64,000 nucleotides of DNA from Thermoplasmata archaeon (GTDB lineage: Archaea; Thermoplasmatota; Thermoplasmata; GCA-020350865). Below, piece by piece: positions 50,744 to 60,249 of the stretch (position 1 is its first letter; each line of letters begins with the position of its first letter). The stretch is from NCBI GenBank assembly GCA_020348445.1, contig CP070751.1:4032662-4096661 (forward strand). The letters are read 5' to 3'. The notes beneath the pieces are model-generated. The model saw only the letters and a list, made by a program, of their open reading frames with translations, was not told where the DNA came from and searched no databases. Both the position numbers and the translations under genes were made by a program.

Positions 50744-50873
50744 TGGGGCCGCCGAGATTTGAACTCGGGTATCCAGCATTTCGTATCATTTTCGAAACCG
50801 AGTTATTTTCCGGGAACTCGGTACTCAACGAAACCCCAAGCTGAGAGGATTGTCCAAGCTACCCTACGGCCCC
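50744..50873 (-). tRNA. tRNA-Pro(GGG) with a 55-nt intron at 37/38 (50779-50833); CCA not encoded
   Basis: GGGGCCGTAGGGTAGCTTGGACAATCCTCTCAGCTTGGGG[intron]TGCTGGATACCCGAGTTCAAATCTCGGCGGCCCCA folds as a 75-nt cloverleaf. Confidence 0.9.
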
Positions 50874-50970
50874 AGTGGGGATATGGGCATGGAATAGAAT
50901 GAAGGTTTATACCTTTTTTGATTGATGGTGATTTAGAAAAGAGCAATTAGTATGTAGATATCATTTTATT

Positions 50971-51744
50971 TTATAGGTCAAGCCATCGTGTAAACTTCCT
51001 CTCATTAATCACGACATCGTCCTCTCCAACCATGTCAAAGGGATTCTCCAGATGATCCTGAATGTTATCCAGGGAAACCAGGATAATGCTGAAAAGAACA
51101 GGCATTACAAAGAACATGGCAAGGGGAATATCCCTTGATAAGTTGGCGAAATAAGGTCCATAGAAGATGGGTAGGATGTAGGTGAAGATCTTGCTGTAGG
51201 CCCTGAGGGTTATCGGGGTGCGGTATTGATATATATGTTTCATGCTCTCAAAAGACTCCAGCATCTTGCTTAAAAACTGATTGGTTCTCGATACTCCTCC
51301 TGGGGGCATGCCGCGGTTACCACTTTCCTTGATAAAAAGTGATAGCTCAGAGAACTTGGAATAGATAAATCTCTCCTCTGCTGCACTTTTCTCTGGTTCC
51401 TTCATGAACATCTGGCGAAGTCCTCCAAGAAGTTCTCTTAATATACGTTTTAGCTTCCTTTGATATTTAGCTTCTGAGTTGGGGACCCAGTCTCTTGAGG
51501 CAAAGTAAATAGCCCTACCATATGCCTTGAGGGAACCGTAATAATTAAGGGACCTTTCCCTGCGTGTATATGCCGTGCTTATGGAGAAAACTATGGGAAA
51601 GACGACGGCTATACCGATTAAAGTAAGGGGAAAATCGGCATATATCTCATAATGCATGCATAAGAATGTGGAGATAACAGACAAAATCGCTACTGCAATG
51701 GTATTTGGAGTGAGTATCAATATAATACTTTTTATGATCCTCAT
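50971..51744 (-). CDS. Bestrophin-like (YneE-type) anion channel
   Basis: TM helices, 'STAYTRR', C-terminal 'LENPFD..GEDD'. Confidence 0.75.
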   Translation of the reverse strand: MRIIKSIILILTPNTIAVAILSVISTFLCMHYEIYADFPLTLIGIAVVFPIVFSISTAYTRRERSLNYYGSLKAYGRAIYFASRDWVPNSEAKYQRKLKRILRELLGGLRQMFMKEPEKSAAEERFIYSKFSELSLFIKESGNRGMPPGGVSRTNQFLSKMLESFESMKHIYQYRTPITLRAYSKIFTYILPIFYGPYFANLSRDIPLAMFFVMPVLFSIILVSLDNIQDHLENPFDMVGEDDVVINERKFTRWLDL

Positions 51745-51903
51745 ATTTCTGAAATATCCATCTTATATATTATAGTTTGTTATAATCGCTGAAAAACGAT
51801 AATAAAGCAACAATGTATTCTTTCAAGTAATATTATATACTAAAGTCTCTATAAACAAACAATACAATAACTAAGCATTTGGCGAGGAGACGAATCTAGC
51901 GAA

Positions 51904-52407
51904 ATGATCAAGGATTGCGGTGTGCAGATGCTCGATTATGAAGATATAAAACATATATCAAAAATATTATCTCGGATAGCGTTGGTTGGCACAATTATCT
52001 CCATTGTCATATTCCTCGTGACAAATATTTTGTTTTTATTGATAATTGGCATATTGATAAGTTTTGAGCCCTTGATGTCATTATGGATCCGTATTATTCT
52101 ATTTCCAGATTCAGAATATGTTTTTATTTCGTTTGAAGATTTTAAATTATTTTCTAAGATCTTAATTTGGGTTGCGATAGTGGGAACCATATCTTCAATT
52201 ATCATATTCCTTCCTTCGGGTCAGTATGATTGGATGGCATTGATGATAGGAATTAGTATCGCACCGTTTCTAGTCGCTGTTGCCTTCTTTATATCCTGGG
52301 ATCCTTTTTTGTTCTATAAATTCTTTATAAAGGAAAAACGTGAGGAAAGTGTGGCAATCAGAGTGGAAAAGTATCGTCTTCAAAAGCAGAAGAGATGGCG
52401 TAAATGA
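51904..52407 (+). CDS. Hypothetical membrane protein
   Basis: Three to four TM segments; internal duplication 'SKIL..(I/V)A.VGTI.SI.IFL'. Confidence 0.55.
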   Translation: MIKDCGVQMLDYEDIKHISKILSRIALVGTIISIVIFLVTNILFLLIIGILISFEPLMSLWIRIILFPDSEYVFISFEDFKLFSKILIWVAIVGTISSIIIFLPSGQYDWMALMIGISIAPFLVAVAFFISWDPFLFYKFFIKEKREESVAIRVEKYRLQKQKRWRK

Positions 52408-52439
52408 TTTGATTATTCAAATATCTACGGTAATAGCTC

Positions 52440-52783
52440 ATGAAAAATAGAACCCTGAAAATCATGATGGGAGGAGGAATTACTCTTATTATTTTAGCGG
52501 GCGCAAGCGGAGGTCCTGCAATAATTCTCTTACCATTATTGATTATAGGTTTGGTATTGATGGTGGTTTCCCTTTGGATCATCCTAATCGGGTTTAACAA
52601 GGTGATATTTTTAGCGGGTACCATTATCGGGGTTATTGGTTTACCTTAGCATTCTTCTAGGGCAATGAATACAGTTGCACGGCAATCATTATCATTGGTT
52701 TAGGAGTTATCATCGGATGCATAGCAATACTTGTTGGTTATTCAAATATCGGGGATACTACTGGGTGGGACAAGGATCTCTGA
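52440..52783 (+). pseudogene. Small membrane-protein gene, probably disrupted
   Basis: ORF stops at TAG 52649. A hydrophobic continuation (LAFF*GNEYSCTAIIIIGLGVIIGCIAILVGY...) follows in the -1 frame with a second stop, ending at TGA 52783. Confidence 0.4.
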
Positions 52784-52872
52784 CTGTTTTTTTATAATGG
52801 GGGAGTAATTTGTTCACATAAAGTTAAATAAGGGGCTAAAACTATGAGGTATTAAATCCATTGATTTAAAGG

Positions 52873-53370
52873 GTGTTTGTTATGTTATATTGGAACAGGT
52901 GCGTAATCAAAGACATAGAAACTGATCCCAAAATTCCGGGATCTGAAGAATATTTCAATGTCGATTTTTTAGATTTTAAACCCCATTTTAATTTTAAGGT
53001 TTATGCTAGATCTTGTAACAAGTTTGAGGATGCAAGTGGTTGTTTTGATTATAAGCGATTCAAACCGGGAACCGAGATCGTTGTTAGATTAGCTGGAGAG
53101 CTTCACATGTACAGAGCACTTAAACTAGAGAAAGTGGATAAAAACAAACATTGGGAAGAAGGGTTTGTTACCATGATCAACTCAAATGGTGATAAGAATT
53201 ATTTTCTAAGAGGGTATGTAATAGGAAGAAATCCTGAGGATTATGGGAGGGAAGGTAGGGTGATGAAAGCCAATAACTTATATGTTTATTTCACCGATAT
53301 AAATAACAAAACAAAAAAAGGTGATAATGTTCTTATTTCACTTACTGGTATCCTTGATTTAAAAGAATAA
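52873..53370 (+). CDS. Hypothetical protein
   Basis: 165-aa ORF, no recognised motif. Confidence 0.45.
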   Translation: MFVMLYWNRCVIKDIETDPKIPGSEEYFNVDFLDFKPHFNFKVYARSCNKFEDASGCFDYKRFKPGTEIVVRLAGELHMYRALKLEKVDKNKHWEEGFVTMINSNGDKNYFLRGYVIGRNPEDYGREGRVMKANNLYVYFTDINNKTKKGDNVLISLTGILDLKE

Positions 53371-53504
53371 CTTCAGATGTACAATTCAAAGAGAGATAAC
53401 AATAAAGCTTTAAATTTATCAGGGGACGGGGGATCATTTGAATAGTAAAATTTGTTGAGTAGGTATGTGAAATCCTAATAGGATAACATAAAAGAAAATA
53501 ATGG

Positions 53505-54437
53505 ATGGTGTCTATTGTGAATCGAGACAGGATCATTAAGATAATTAAGCTGGGAAGAATCCATTTCGTGGTAGGTGGTTTTTTACTCTATTGTCTTGGG
53601 GCGCTGTATGCCATGGTAACAGGTACTGACTATTCATTGCTTAGATTTATTTTGGGGTACGCTGTTTTGTTTCCTGCCCATCTCTCTGTCTCGTATAGCA
53701 ATGATTACTTCGATTACAAGGCTGACAAATATAACAGGTCCACAATGTTTTCTGGTGGAAGTGGTATACTTGTTAATTATCCCGAATTAAGGAAAGTTGC
53801 CCGAAATTTTTCCCTTTTTCTGATTTTTTTATCCATTATCTTGGCTTTGTTTTTCTTAATGGTATTTTCTTTCCCATTGATCTTTTTAGCATTTGTTATT
53901 TTTGGCAATCTTTTAGGATGGTTCTATTCAGCTCCTCCAGTTAGGCTGGTTTACCGCAAAATGGGAGAATTGGCTACAGTTCTCACGGCGGGGATATTAC
54001 TCCCTGGGATGGGCTATTTTGTTATGAAGGGCGCATTCGATATTTCTTTTCTCATATTTGCCCTTCCACTGATGCTTTATAGTATGTTCTTCATTCTCAG
54101 TGTAGAGATGCCTGATATGGAGGGTGACATCTTAGGTAATAAACAGACCATGATTGTTCGAAAGGGTCGCGCCTTTGGTTTTACAGTGATGGCTTTATGT
54201 CTCATTTTATGCACATTCTATTATATCATAATGGCCATGCTGGTTCCCGCGACCACGAGCATTGGATTTTTTGTAATTGGTTTGCTTTCCATTTTACCCC
54301 TTTATATCGGTCTTGTGGGATTAATAAAAAGACCAAATGAACAAAGAGTGGCTTCAAAACTAACAAATAAAGGGGTTGCATCCCTTTTCTTATTTGTCTT
54401 TTTTGTAGATATTTATTATTTAACCCTACTGTTATAA
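53505..54437 (+). CDS. UbiA-family prenyltransferase (MenA-like)
   Basis: SNDYFDYKAD, FSGGSG, YSAPP.RL.YR..GEL, EMPDMEGD. Confidence 0.85.
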   Translation: MVSIVNRDRIIKIIKLGRIHFVVGGFLLYCLGALYAMVTGTDYSLLRFILGYAVLFPAHLSVSYSNDYFDYKADKYNRSTMFSGGSGILVNYPELRKVARNFSLFLIFLSIILALFFLMVFSFPLIFLAFVIFGNLLGWFYSAPPVRLVYRKMGELATVLTAGILLPGMGYFVMKGAFDISFLIFALPLMLYSMFFILSVEMPDMEGDILGNKQTMIVRKGRAFGFTVMALCLILCTFYYIIMAMLVPATTSIGFFVIGLLSILPLYIGLVGLIKRPNEQRVASKLTNKGVASLFLFVFFVDIYYLTLLL

Positions 54438-54493
54438 TATATTCATTTAATTAGTAATTTATAAGAAATAATATAATACCTATGTATTTACTC

Positions 54494-54925
54494 TTAATCG
54501 GGTACATTATATTTTTTATTAGCATAGAGAAAACCGAAGTTGATTGCCCTTTCTTTTGTGGCTTTCATATGATGGTGACCATGGGCGTTTAATATTCCTT
54601 TCATATAGGCACTTTTAGGTATATATTTAATCTTTATTCGCCTGTGAAAAAAGATATCGTGAACCATAAAATAACCAATACCGTATGCTATAATCCCTAT
54701 ACCAATCCAGAAATAGATATTAAAGCCCGAGAGAATTCCATATAAAATAAAAATGAATGCTAGGACACTGAAGAATAGAGAGAAGATGTCATTTTTCTGC
54801 AATCTATGTTCCTTGGGTCTATGATGGTCCTCATGGAGCACCCAAAGAAAACCGTGAATTACAAATTTGTACAGGAAGCAGACAAATAATTCCATGAATA
54901 GGAACACCACGATTACTGTGATCAT
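54494..54925 (-). CDS. crtZ: Beta-carotene hydroxylase
   Basis: His boxes HGFLWVLHEDHH, HDIFFHRR, HGHHH; 'KNDIF'. Confidence 0.9.
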   Translation of the reverse strand: MITVIVVFLFMELFVCFLYKFVIHGFLWVLHEDHHRPKEHRLQKNDIFSLFFSVLAFIFILYGILSGFNIYFWIGIGIIAYGIGYFMVHDIFFHRRIKIKYIPKSAYMKGILNAHGHHHMKATKERAINFGFLYANKKYNVPD

Positions 54926-55186
54926 ATAGATTGTCAGTGTAAATACATCTATATTCAGTCAACCAAGGGTAAAGTGCATCAATTATTAAAGGCTCTTTAT
55001 TACTTCAAATAAAAGTGACAACGGGCATAAAATCGATCCTGACCCGCAATTATTTAATAAAGTATAGTGTTTGTATTTCAGCTCTTAACCTAAATCTATT
55101 TTAACAATGTTGGTATATTCCTTAAAAAGCTTAATTGCTTATCATTTATCCTATTATAATCAATAAATCACAAGGAGATTAAACCC

Positions 55187-55864
55187 ATGATAAACTACTT
55201 GATAATCAACGTCCTCATCATAATATTTCCATTATTGTTTTCCTTTGAAAAGAGAATCAGTTATTACAAACATTTCAAGCCGCTTTTTATTTCAATACTG
55301 ATTGTGGGAGGCTGTTACATAATATGGGATGCAGTTGCAACTTCCCGCGGGGACTGGTGGTTCAACCACGATTACGTTATGGATTTCGATATAGTGGGGC
55401 TGCCAATTGAGGAAATAATGTTCTTTGTGACGGCACCTTATTCATGTATATTTATCTACGAGTCGCTTCTATATTTTTTAAACGATAGGCAATTTAATTA
55501 TGATACGAGAGTCTTTATTGTTCCATCATTAATTTTTATTGTGGCAGGTAGCATGTTCTACTATCAGAACTACACCGCAACTGTACTTTTCTCCTGCGCT
55601 CTGTTTTTCTTTTTAGCTATGCTCGCATATCCAAATATGCTGAAGTCAGTTATCTACTGGCTTTACATAATCATTGTATTCATACCCTTTTTCATCATGA
55701 ATTACCTACTAACATCAATCCCAATAGTGCTTTACAATTCAGAAGCCATTTGGAACATTAGAATAACCACGATTCCCGCTGAGGATTTCTTTTACAACTT
55801 CGCAATGCTCTCTTTTTACCTAATGGTATATCTGTTTTTCAAAGGTAGAGTTGCTAAAAATTAA
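55187..55864 (+). CDS. crtY: Membrane lycopene cyclase (fused CrtYc/Yd type)
   Basis: Two repeats with 'GLPIEEIMFF' and 'TIPAEDFFY'. Confidence 0.85.
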   Translation: MINYLIINVLIIIFPLLFSFEKRISYYKHFKPLFISILIVGGCYIIWDAVATSRGDWWFNHDYVMDFDIVGLPIEEIMFFVTAPYSCIFIYESLLYFLNDRQFNYDTRVFIVPSLIFIVAGSMFYYQNYTATVLFSCALFFFLAMLAYPNMLKSVIYWLYIIIVFIPFFIMNYLLTSIPIVLYNSEAIWNIRITTIPAEDFFYNFAMLSFYLMVYLFFKGRVAKN

Positions 55865-55956
55865 TTATCTCATTAATGTGCTTATATGCTATACAAAGTT
55901 ACCCTACACAGTTACAACGTAAACATTTTATATACATCTTTTATTTACCCTCCTTA

Positions 55957-57447
55957 ATGCATAGAGGGGAGGTAATAATCATAGGGGCCGGCTTTTCCGG
56001 CCTAGCCACCGCAGCCCTCCTAGCAAAACAGGGATTTACCGTCACGGTGGTGGAGAAGAATGAACAGCCAGGGGGCAGAGCCTCTGTATGGAAGGAAGGT
56101 GGCTTTACCTTCGATATGGGCCCATCTTGGTACCTAATGCCGGATGTCTTTGAAAGGTTCTTTTCAGAATTTAACAAGAAACCAGATGATCTCATGGAAC
56201 TGGTACAGCTCAATCCATCGTACCGTGTGTTCTTCGGTCCGAATGACACCCTGGATATTTCAGCAGATCTCAACGAGAACCTTGCCACTTTCGATGAAAT
56301 GGAGGAAAACGGTGCCGAGAAGATGAAGAAATACCTGGAAAGTGCAAAATATCAGTACGATGTGGCTATGAACCAGTTCATCTACAAGGATTATGTACAT
56401 CTCACAGACTTCTTTAATCGCAAGCTCGTTGTTGAGGGTACCAAGCTGCACATATTCGACAAGCTGGATCATTATGCTCAACGCTTCTTCGAAAATCCAA
56501 GGATAAGGAAGATTCTCGAGTATAACATCGTGTTTCTCGGCGGCACCCCTTACAACACTCCTGCACTTTATGCTCTTATGTCCCATGTTGATTTCAACCT
56601 TGGTGTGTGGTATCCAATGGGGGGCTTGGGAAAGCTGGTGGAGGCAATTTACGACCTAGATCTATCCCAGGGTGTTAATTTCAGGTTCAACGAGGCTGTG
56701 ACTAAGATAGAAGTTGATGAGAAGATTGCAAGGAAGGTGGTGACCGAAAAGGACACCCTCAATGCTGATATAGTTGTAGTGAATGCCGATTATGCCTATG
56801 CAGAAACCCATCTGATTCCCAAAAAGAACCAAACCTATCCTAGGAAGTACTGGGATGGCAAGGCCATTGCGCCCTCATCACTGCTGTTCTTTTTAGGATT
56901 GAATAAAAAGCTTGACAATCTGATTCATCATAACCTTTATTTCCACCCTAAATGGGAGAAACATTTTGATACCATCTTTAAGAAGCCTTCTTGGCCCAAC
57001 GAGCCTTCATACTATGTTTCTTGCACATCCAAGACAGATTCAACAGTTGCCCCCAAAGGTGGAGAGAATATCTTTATTTTAGTTCCTATTGCGCCCGGTC
57101 TTGAGGATACTGAGAAGATAAGAGAGAATTATTACAATAAAATTATAGGGCATCTGGAAAATCTAATAGGGGAAAACATAAGGGATGCAGTTGTGGTTAA
57201 GAGGTCTTTTGCCCATAATGATTTTTCTAACCGATATAATGCCTATCAGGGAACGGCTCTTGGGTTCGCCCATACGTTGCGGCAGACCGCAATATTCAGG
57301 CCAAGACATAAGAGCAAGAAGGTGAAGAATCTGTATTATACTGGTCATTACACACATCCTGGGATCGGCGTTCCCATGGTGATAATTTCATCTCAAATAG
57401 TAAGCGAAGAGATAGGTAGGTATCATGCCAAACAGAACCATATATAG
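55957..57447 (+). CDS. crtI: Phytoene desaturase
   Basis: IGAGFSGL, GGRA, FDMGPSWYLMP, HPGIGVP; start set at ATG 55957. Confidence 0.93.
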   Translation: MHRGEVIIIGAGFSGLATAALLAKQGFTVTVVEKNEQPGGRASVWKEGGFTFDMGPSWYLMPDVFERFFSEFNKKPDDLMELVQLNPSYRVFFGPNDTLDISADLNENLATFDEMEENGAEKMKKYLESAKYQYDVAMNQFIYKDYVHLTDFFNRKLVVEGTKLHIFDKLDHYAQRFFENPRIRKILEYNIVFLGGTPYNTPALYALMSHVDFNLGVWYPMGGLGKLVEAIYDLDLSQGVNFRFNEAVTKIEVDEKIARKVVTEKDTLNADIVVVNADYAYAETHLIPKKNQTYPRKYWDGKAIAPSSLLFFLGLNKKLDNLIHHNLYFHPKWEKHFDTIFKKPSWPNEPSYYVSCTSKTDSTVAPKGGENIFILVPIAPGLEDTEKIRENYYNKIIGHLENLIGENIRDAVVVKRSFAHNDFSNRYNAYQGTALGFAHTLRQTAIFRPRHKSKKVKNLYYTGHYTHPGIGVPMVIISSQIVSEEIGRYHAKQNHI

Positions 57448-58249
57448 GATTTTTAAAAAAGGCAGCAGGACGTACTTCTACAACAGTATCTTCTTTCCAA
57501 AAGAAAAGAGAGAGGAGGTCTTTGTGCTATACAGCTTTGTACGCAAGGCGGACAACATGGTGGATTCCTTTCCGCAGAGAATCGATGAATTCTACAAATT
57601 AAAAAGGGATTATAAGAGGGCCAGGGCAGGTGAGGTTACTGGGGACATCGTGGTGGATTCCTTTTCCGAGCTTGTGGACAAAAAGAACTTCGAAGAAAAA
57701 TGGGTTACTTCATTTCTGGAATCAATGGAGATGGATCTGACCAATAACAAGTATGAAGATTTTTGTGAGTTGGATAAGTACATTTTCGGCTCGGCAGAGG
57801 TCATAGGACTTTTTATGGCTAGGATTCTGGATCTTAGAGATGAGGCATTGCCTCATGCCAGGATACTAGGAAAAGCCATGCAGTATATCAATTTCATAAG
57901 GGATATACCCGAGGATCTGACTCTAAATCGAAGGTACATACCACTTTCGGAGCTTAGGAAAAAGGGTCTTTATTCATTGGAATATGATGAAGTGATGTTG
58001 AACACAAGCGGTTTTAAGGATCTTGTAAGGGATCAGATCGATATATACTATGGCTGGCAAAATTATGCAGAGAGAGGCTTCAAATATATACCAAAGCGGC
58101 TGCTAATCCCCATAAAGAACGCCTCTGAGATGTACAAATGGACTGGCAAGATCATATACAGGGACCCAATGGTCGTATTTAAGAAGAAGGTCAAACCCTC
58201 AAAAACAAGAATAGTCCTTAATATAGGCTATAATACAATAACAGCGTAA
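57425..58249 (+). CDS. crtB: Phytoene synthase
   Basis: GSRTYF, YSFVRKADNMVD, SMEMDL, GSAEVIG, AMQYINFIRDI.ED. Confidence 0.93.
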   Translation: MPNRTIYRIFKKGSRTYFYNSIFFPKEKREEVFVLYSFVRKADNMVDSFPQRIDEFYKLKRDYKRARAGEVTGDIVVDSFSELVDKKNFEEKWVTSFLESMEMDLTNNKYEDFCELDKYIFGSAEVIGLFMARILDLRDEALPHARILGKAMQYINFIRDIPEDLTLNRRYIPLSELRKKGLYSLEYDEVMLNTSGFKDLVRDQIDIYYGWQNYAERGFKYIPKRLLIPIKNASEMYKWTGKIIYRDPMVVFKKKVKPSKTRIVLNIGYNTITA

Positions 58250-58375
58250 TTTAAATTCTAATCAATTCTTTCTATATATAAAAATGAACCTCTAATATCA
58301 AAAGGCAATAACATTTAATATACATTAAACTGCAAAGAATTATAGGCCTGTAAATCATTTGCAGGGAGAATATGT

Positions 58376-59350
58376 ATGCAATCCTTCGAAAAACCCATTC
58401 TGGTGTGCAGCCGATGCCTAGGTTTTGATAACTGTCGCTTCAATGGTCAGATATTATACAACGATCTCGTTAACAGTTTAAAGCCATATGTGGAATTTAA
58501 AACACCCTGCCCTGAGACGGATATCGGTCTGGGTGTTCCCAGATATCCTGTGAGAATTATCCAGGATAAAGGTCAAAATACAATGTTTCAACCGTCAACA
58601 AAATCAGATTTTACAGGGAAGATGAATTCCTTTGTCAAAGAATATCTAAATAATTTAAATGCGGTTGATGGCTTTATTTTGAAATCCAAATCACCATCCT
58701 GTGGTATTGGCGATGTCAAGGTTTATAAGGATGTAGACAACCCTGCAAATTTTTCAAAGGGCGACGGCCTTTTTGGTGGCGAGGTTAAAAGAAGATTTTC
58801 AGGCAAAGCTGTGGAAGACGAGATGAGGCTTTCCAATCCCAGGATCCTGGACCATTTTTTAAAAAAGATATTTACCCTTGCTGCATTCAGAAAGGTAAAA
58901 AAGGCAAATAATATAAAGGCACTAATCGAATTGCAGACAAAAAACAAGCTTCTTTACATGTCTTACAACCAAAAGGAATTGAAGAATCTGGGTAATATCG
59001 TTGCTAGCCACAAAAAGAAAGATAAGGGAGAAATCCTAGAAAAATACGAGAATCATCTGGATATTGCGCTGGCCAGAGGACCAACATATAAATCAAACAT
59101 CAACGTGCTTCATCATGCTCTCGGGTATGTATCAGAGAATATATCAAGGGAGGAAAAGACCTTTTTTTTAGATACAATACAGATGTACAAGGAGGATCGA
59201 GCTCCATTCGAATCCTGCCTCTCTCTCATTTACTCATGGGTGCTAAGATTCGATGTGGAATATTTAAAAAATCAGACATTGTTCCATCCCTATCCTGATG
59301 AGCTTCGAAAGGGATTCGAGCCTGATCGCAGGAGGGAATTCTGGGGATGA
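58376..59350 (+). CDS. DUF523 + DUF1722 (YbbK/YbgA family) protein
   Basis: SRCLGFDNCRFNG, CPE...GLGVPR, KSPSCG, EDEMRL, YL.NQT.F.PYP. Confidence 0.9.
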   Translation: MQSFEKPILVCSRCLGFDNCRFNGQILYNDLVNSLKPYVEFKTPCPETDIGLGVPRYPVRIIQDKGQNTMFQPSTKSDFTGKMNSFVKEYLNNLNAVDGFILKSKSPSCGIGDVKVYKDVDNPANFSKGDGLFGGEVKRRFSGKAVEDEMRLSNPRILDHFLKKIFTLAAFRKVKKANNIKALIELQTKNKLLYMSYNQKELKNLGNIVASHKKKDKGEILEKYENHLDIALARGPTYKSNINVLHHALGYVSENISREEKTFFLDTIQMYKEDRAPFESCLSLIYSWVLRFDVEYLKNQTLFHPYPDELRKGFEPDRRREFWG

Positions 59351-60249
59351 GGATAGGATACCCTTGCATTAACAGAAGCATTGGATGTAAGAGCAGCAAG
59401 ACCTTCAGGCTTAATAGCTATTCAGAAACCAGACTCAGGGAAATCGTGAATAACAATCTAAAATGTCTGATGAAAATATTGAAATACAACAAGAAAAACC
59501 ATATGCTCTTCTTTCGCATCACCTCTGATCTTGTTCCCTTTGCCTCTCATCCTGTATGTGAATTTGACTGGCAAGGGTATTTCTCCAACGAATTTGGGTC
59601 CATAGGTGATTATGTGCGGGAAAATGATATGAGAATATCCATGCACCCTGACCAGTTTAACGTGCTCAATTCAAAAAGAAAGGATGTGGTTGAAAACAGT
59701 GTAAGAGAGCTTATTTATCATGCAGAGGTTCTCGATACAATGGGCCTCGACAGAACCCACAAGATACAGATTCATGTAGGGGGGATGTACAGGGATAAGA
59801 AAGGGAGCATGGCCAGATTCCAAAAAAGGTACAAAAGCCTGGATATTAGGATTAAAAAAAGACTCGTGATAGAAAATGATCATGGCATGTACAATACATC
59901 GGATTGCCTTGATATAAGTGCAAAGACTGGTATACCGGTTTTATTTGATTTTTTTCATGAGAGTCTAAATCCATCTGGTATGAGTTTAAAAAAATCTCTT
60001 AAACTTATAGAGGGTACCTGGAAAAGAGTTGATGGAATACCCATGGTGGACTACAGCCATCATCATTCAAATCCCGCTTCAAAGAAGCATGCCGAAACCA
60101 TTAAAATCCGTGACTTTCATAAATTCCTTGTTTATACGAGACCCTATGACATGGACATCATGCTTGAGATAAAGGACAAGGAGAAAAGCGCAATTCGGGC
60201 CGTTGAATTGGCAAGAAAGGACAGCAGATTTTTAATTGTCCATAGGTGA
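59347..60249 (+). CDS. uvsE: UV-damage endonuclease (UVDE)
   Basis: RIGYPC, FFRITSDLVPFASHP, SMHPDQF, IHVGG, ENDH, D..H, H, DIMLEIKDKE. Confidence 0.95.
   Translation: MRIGYPCINRSIGCKSSKTFRLNSYSETRLREIVNNNLKCLMKILKYNKKNHMLFFRITSDLVPFASHPVCEFDWQGYFSNEFGSIGDYVRENDMRISMHPDQFNVLNSKRKDVVENSVRELIYHAEVLDTMGLDRTHKIQIHVGGMYRDKKGSMARFQKRYKSLDIRIKKRLVIENDHGMYNTSDCLDISAKTGIPVLFDFFHESLNPSGMSLKKSLKLIEGTWKRVDGIPMVDYSHHHSNPASKKHAETIKIRDFHKFLVYTRPYDMDIMLEIKDKEKSAIRAVELARKDSRFLIVHR

Noticed and set aside
52647-52660. Pyrrolysine (TAG) readthrough
   Set aside because: The continuation needs a frameshift as well as readthrough, and no pyl genes are in view; decay is more parsimonious.
55920-55936. CarH-like operator (TnnACA at 11-bp spacing) upstream of crtI
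   Set aside because: Only two short repeats in AT-rich DNA and no CarH-like gene in the window; could be chance.
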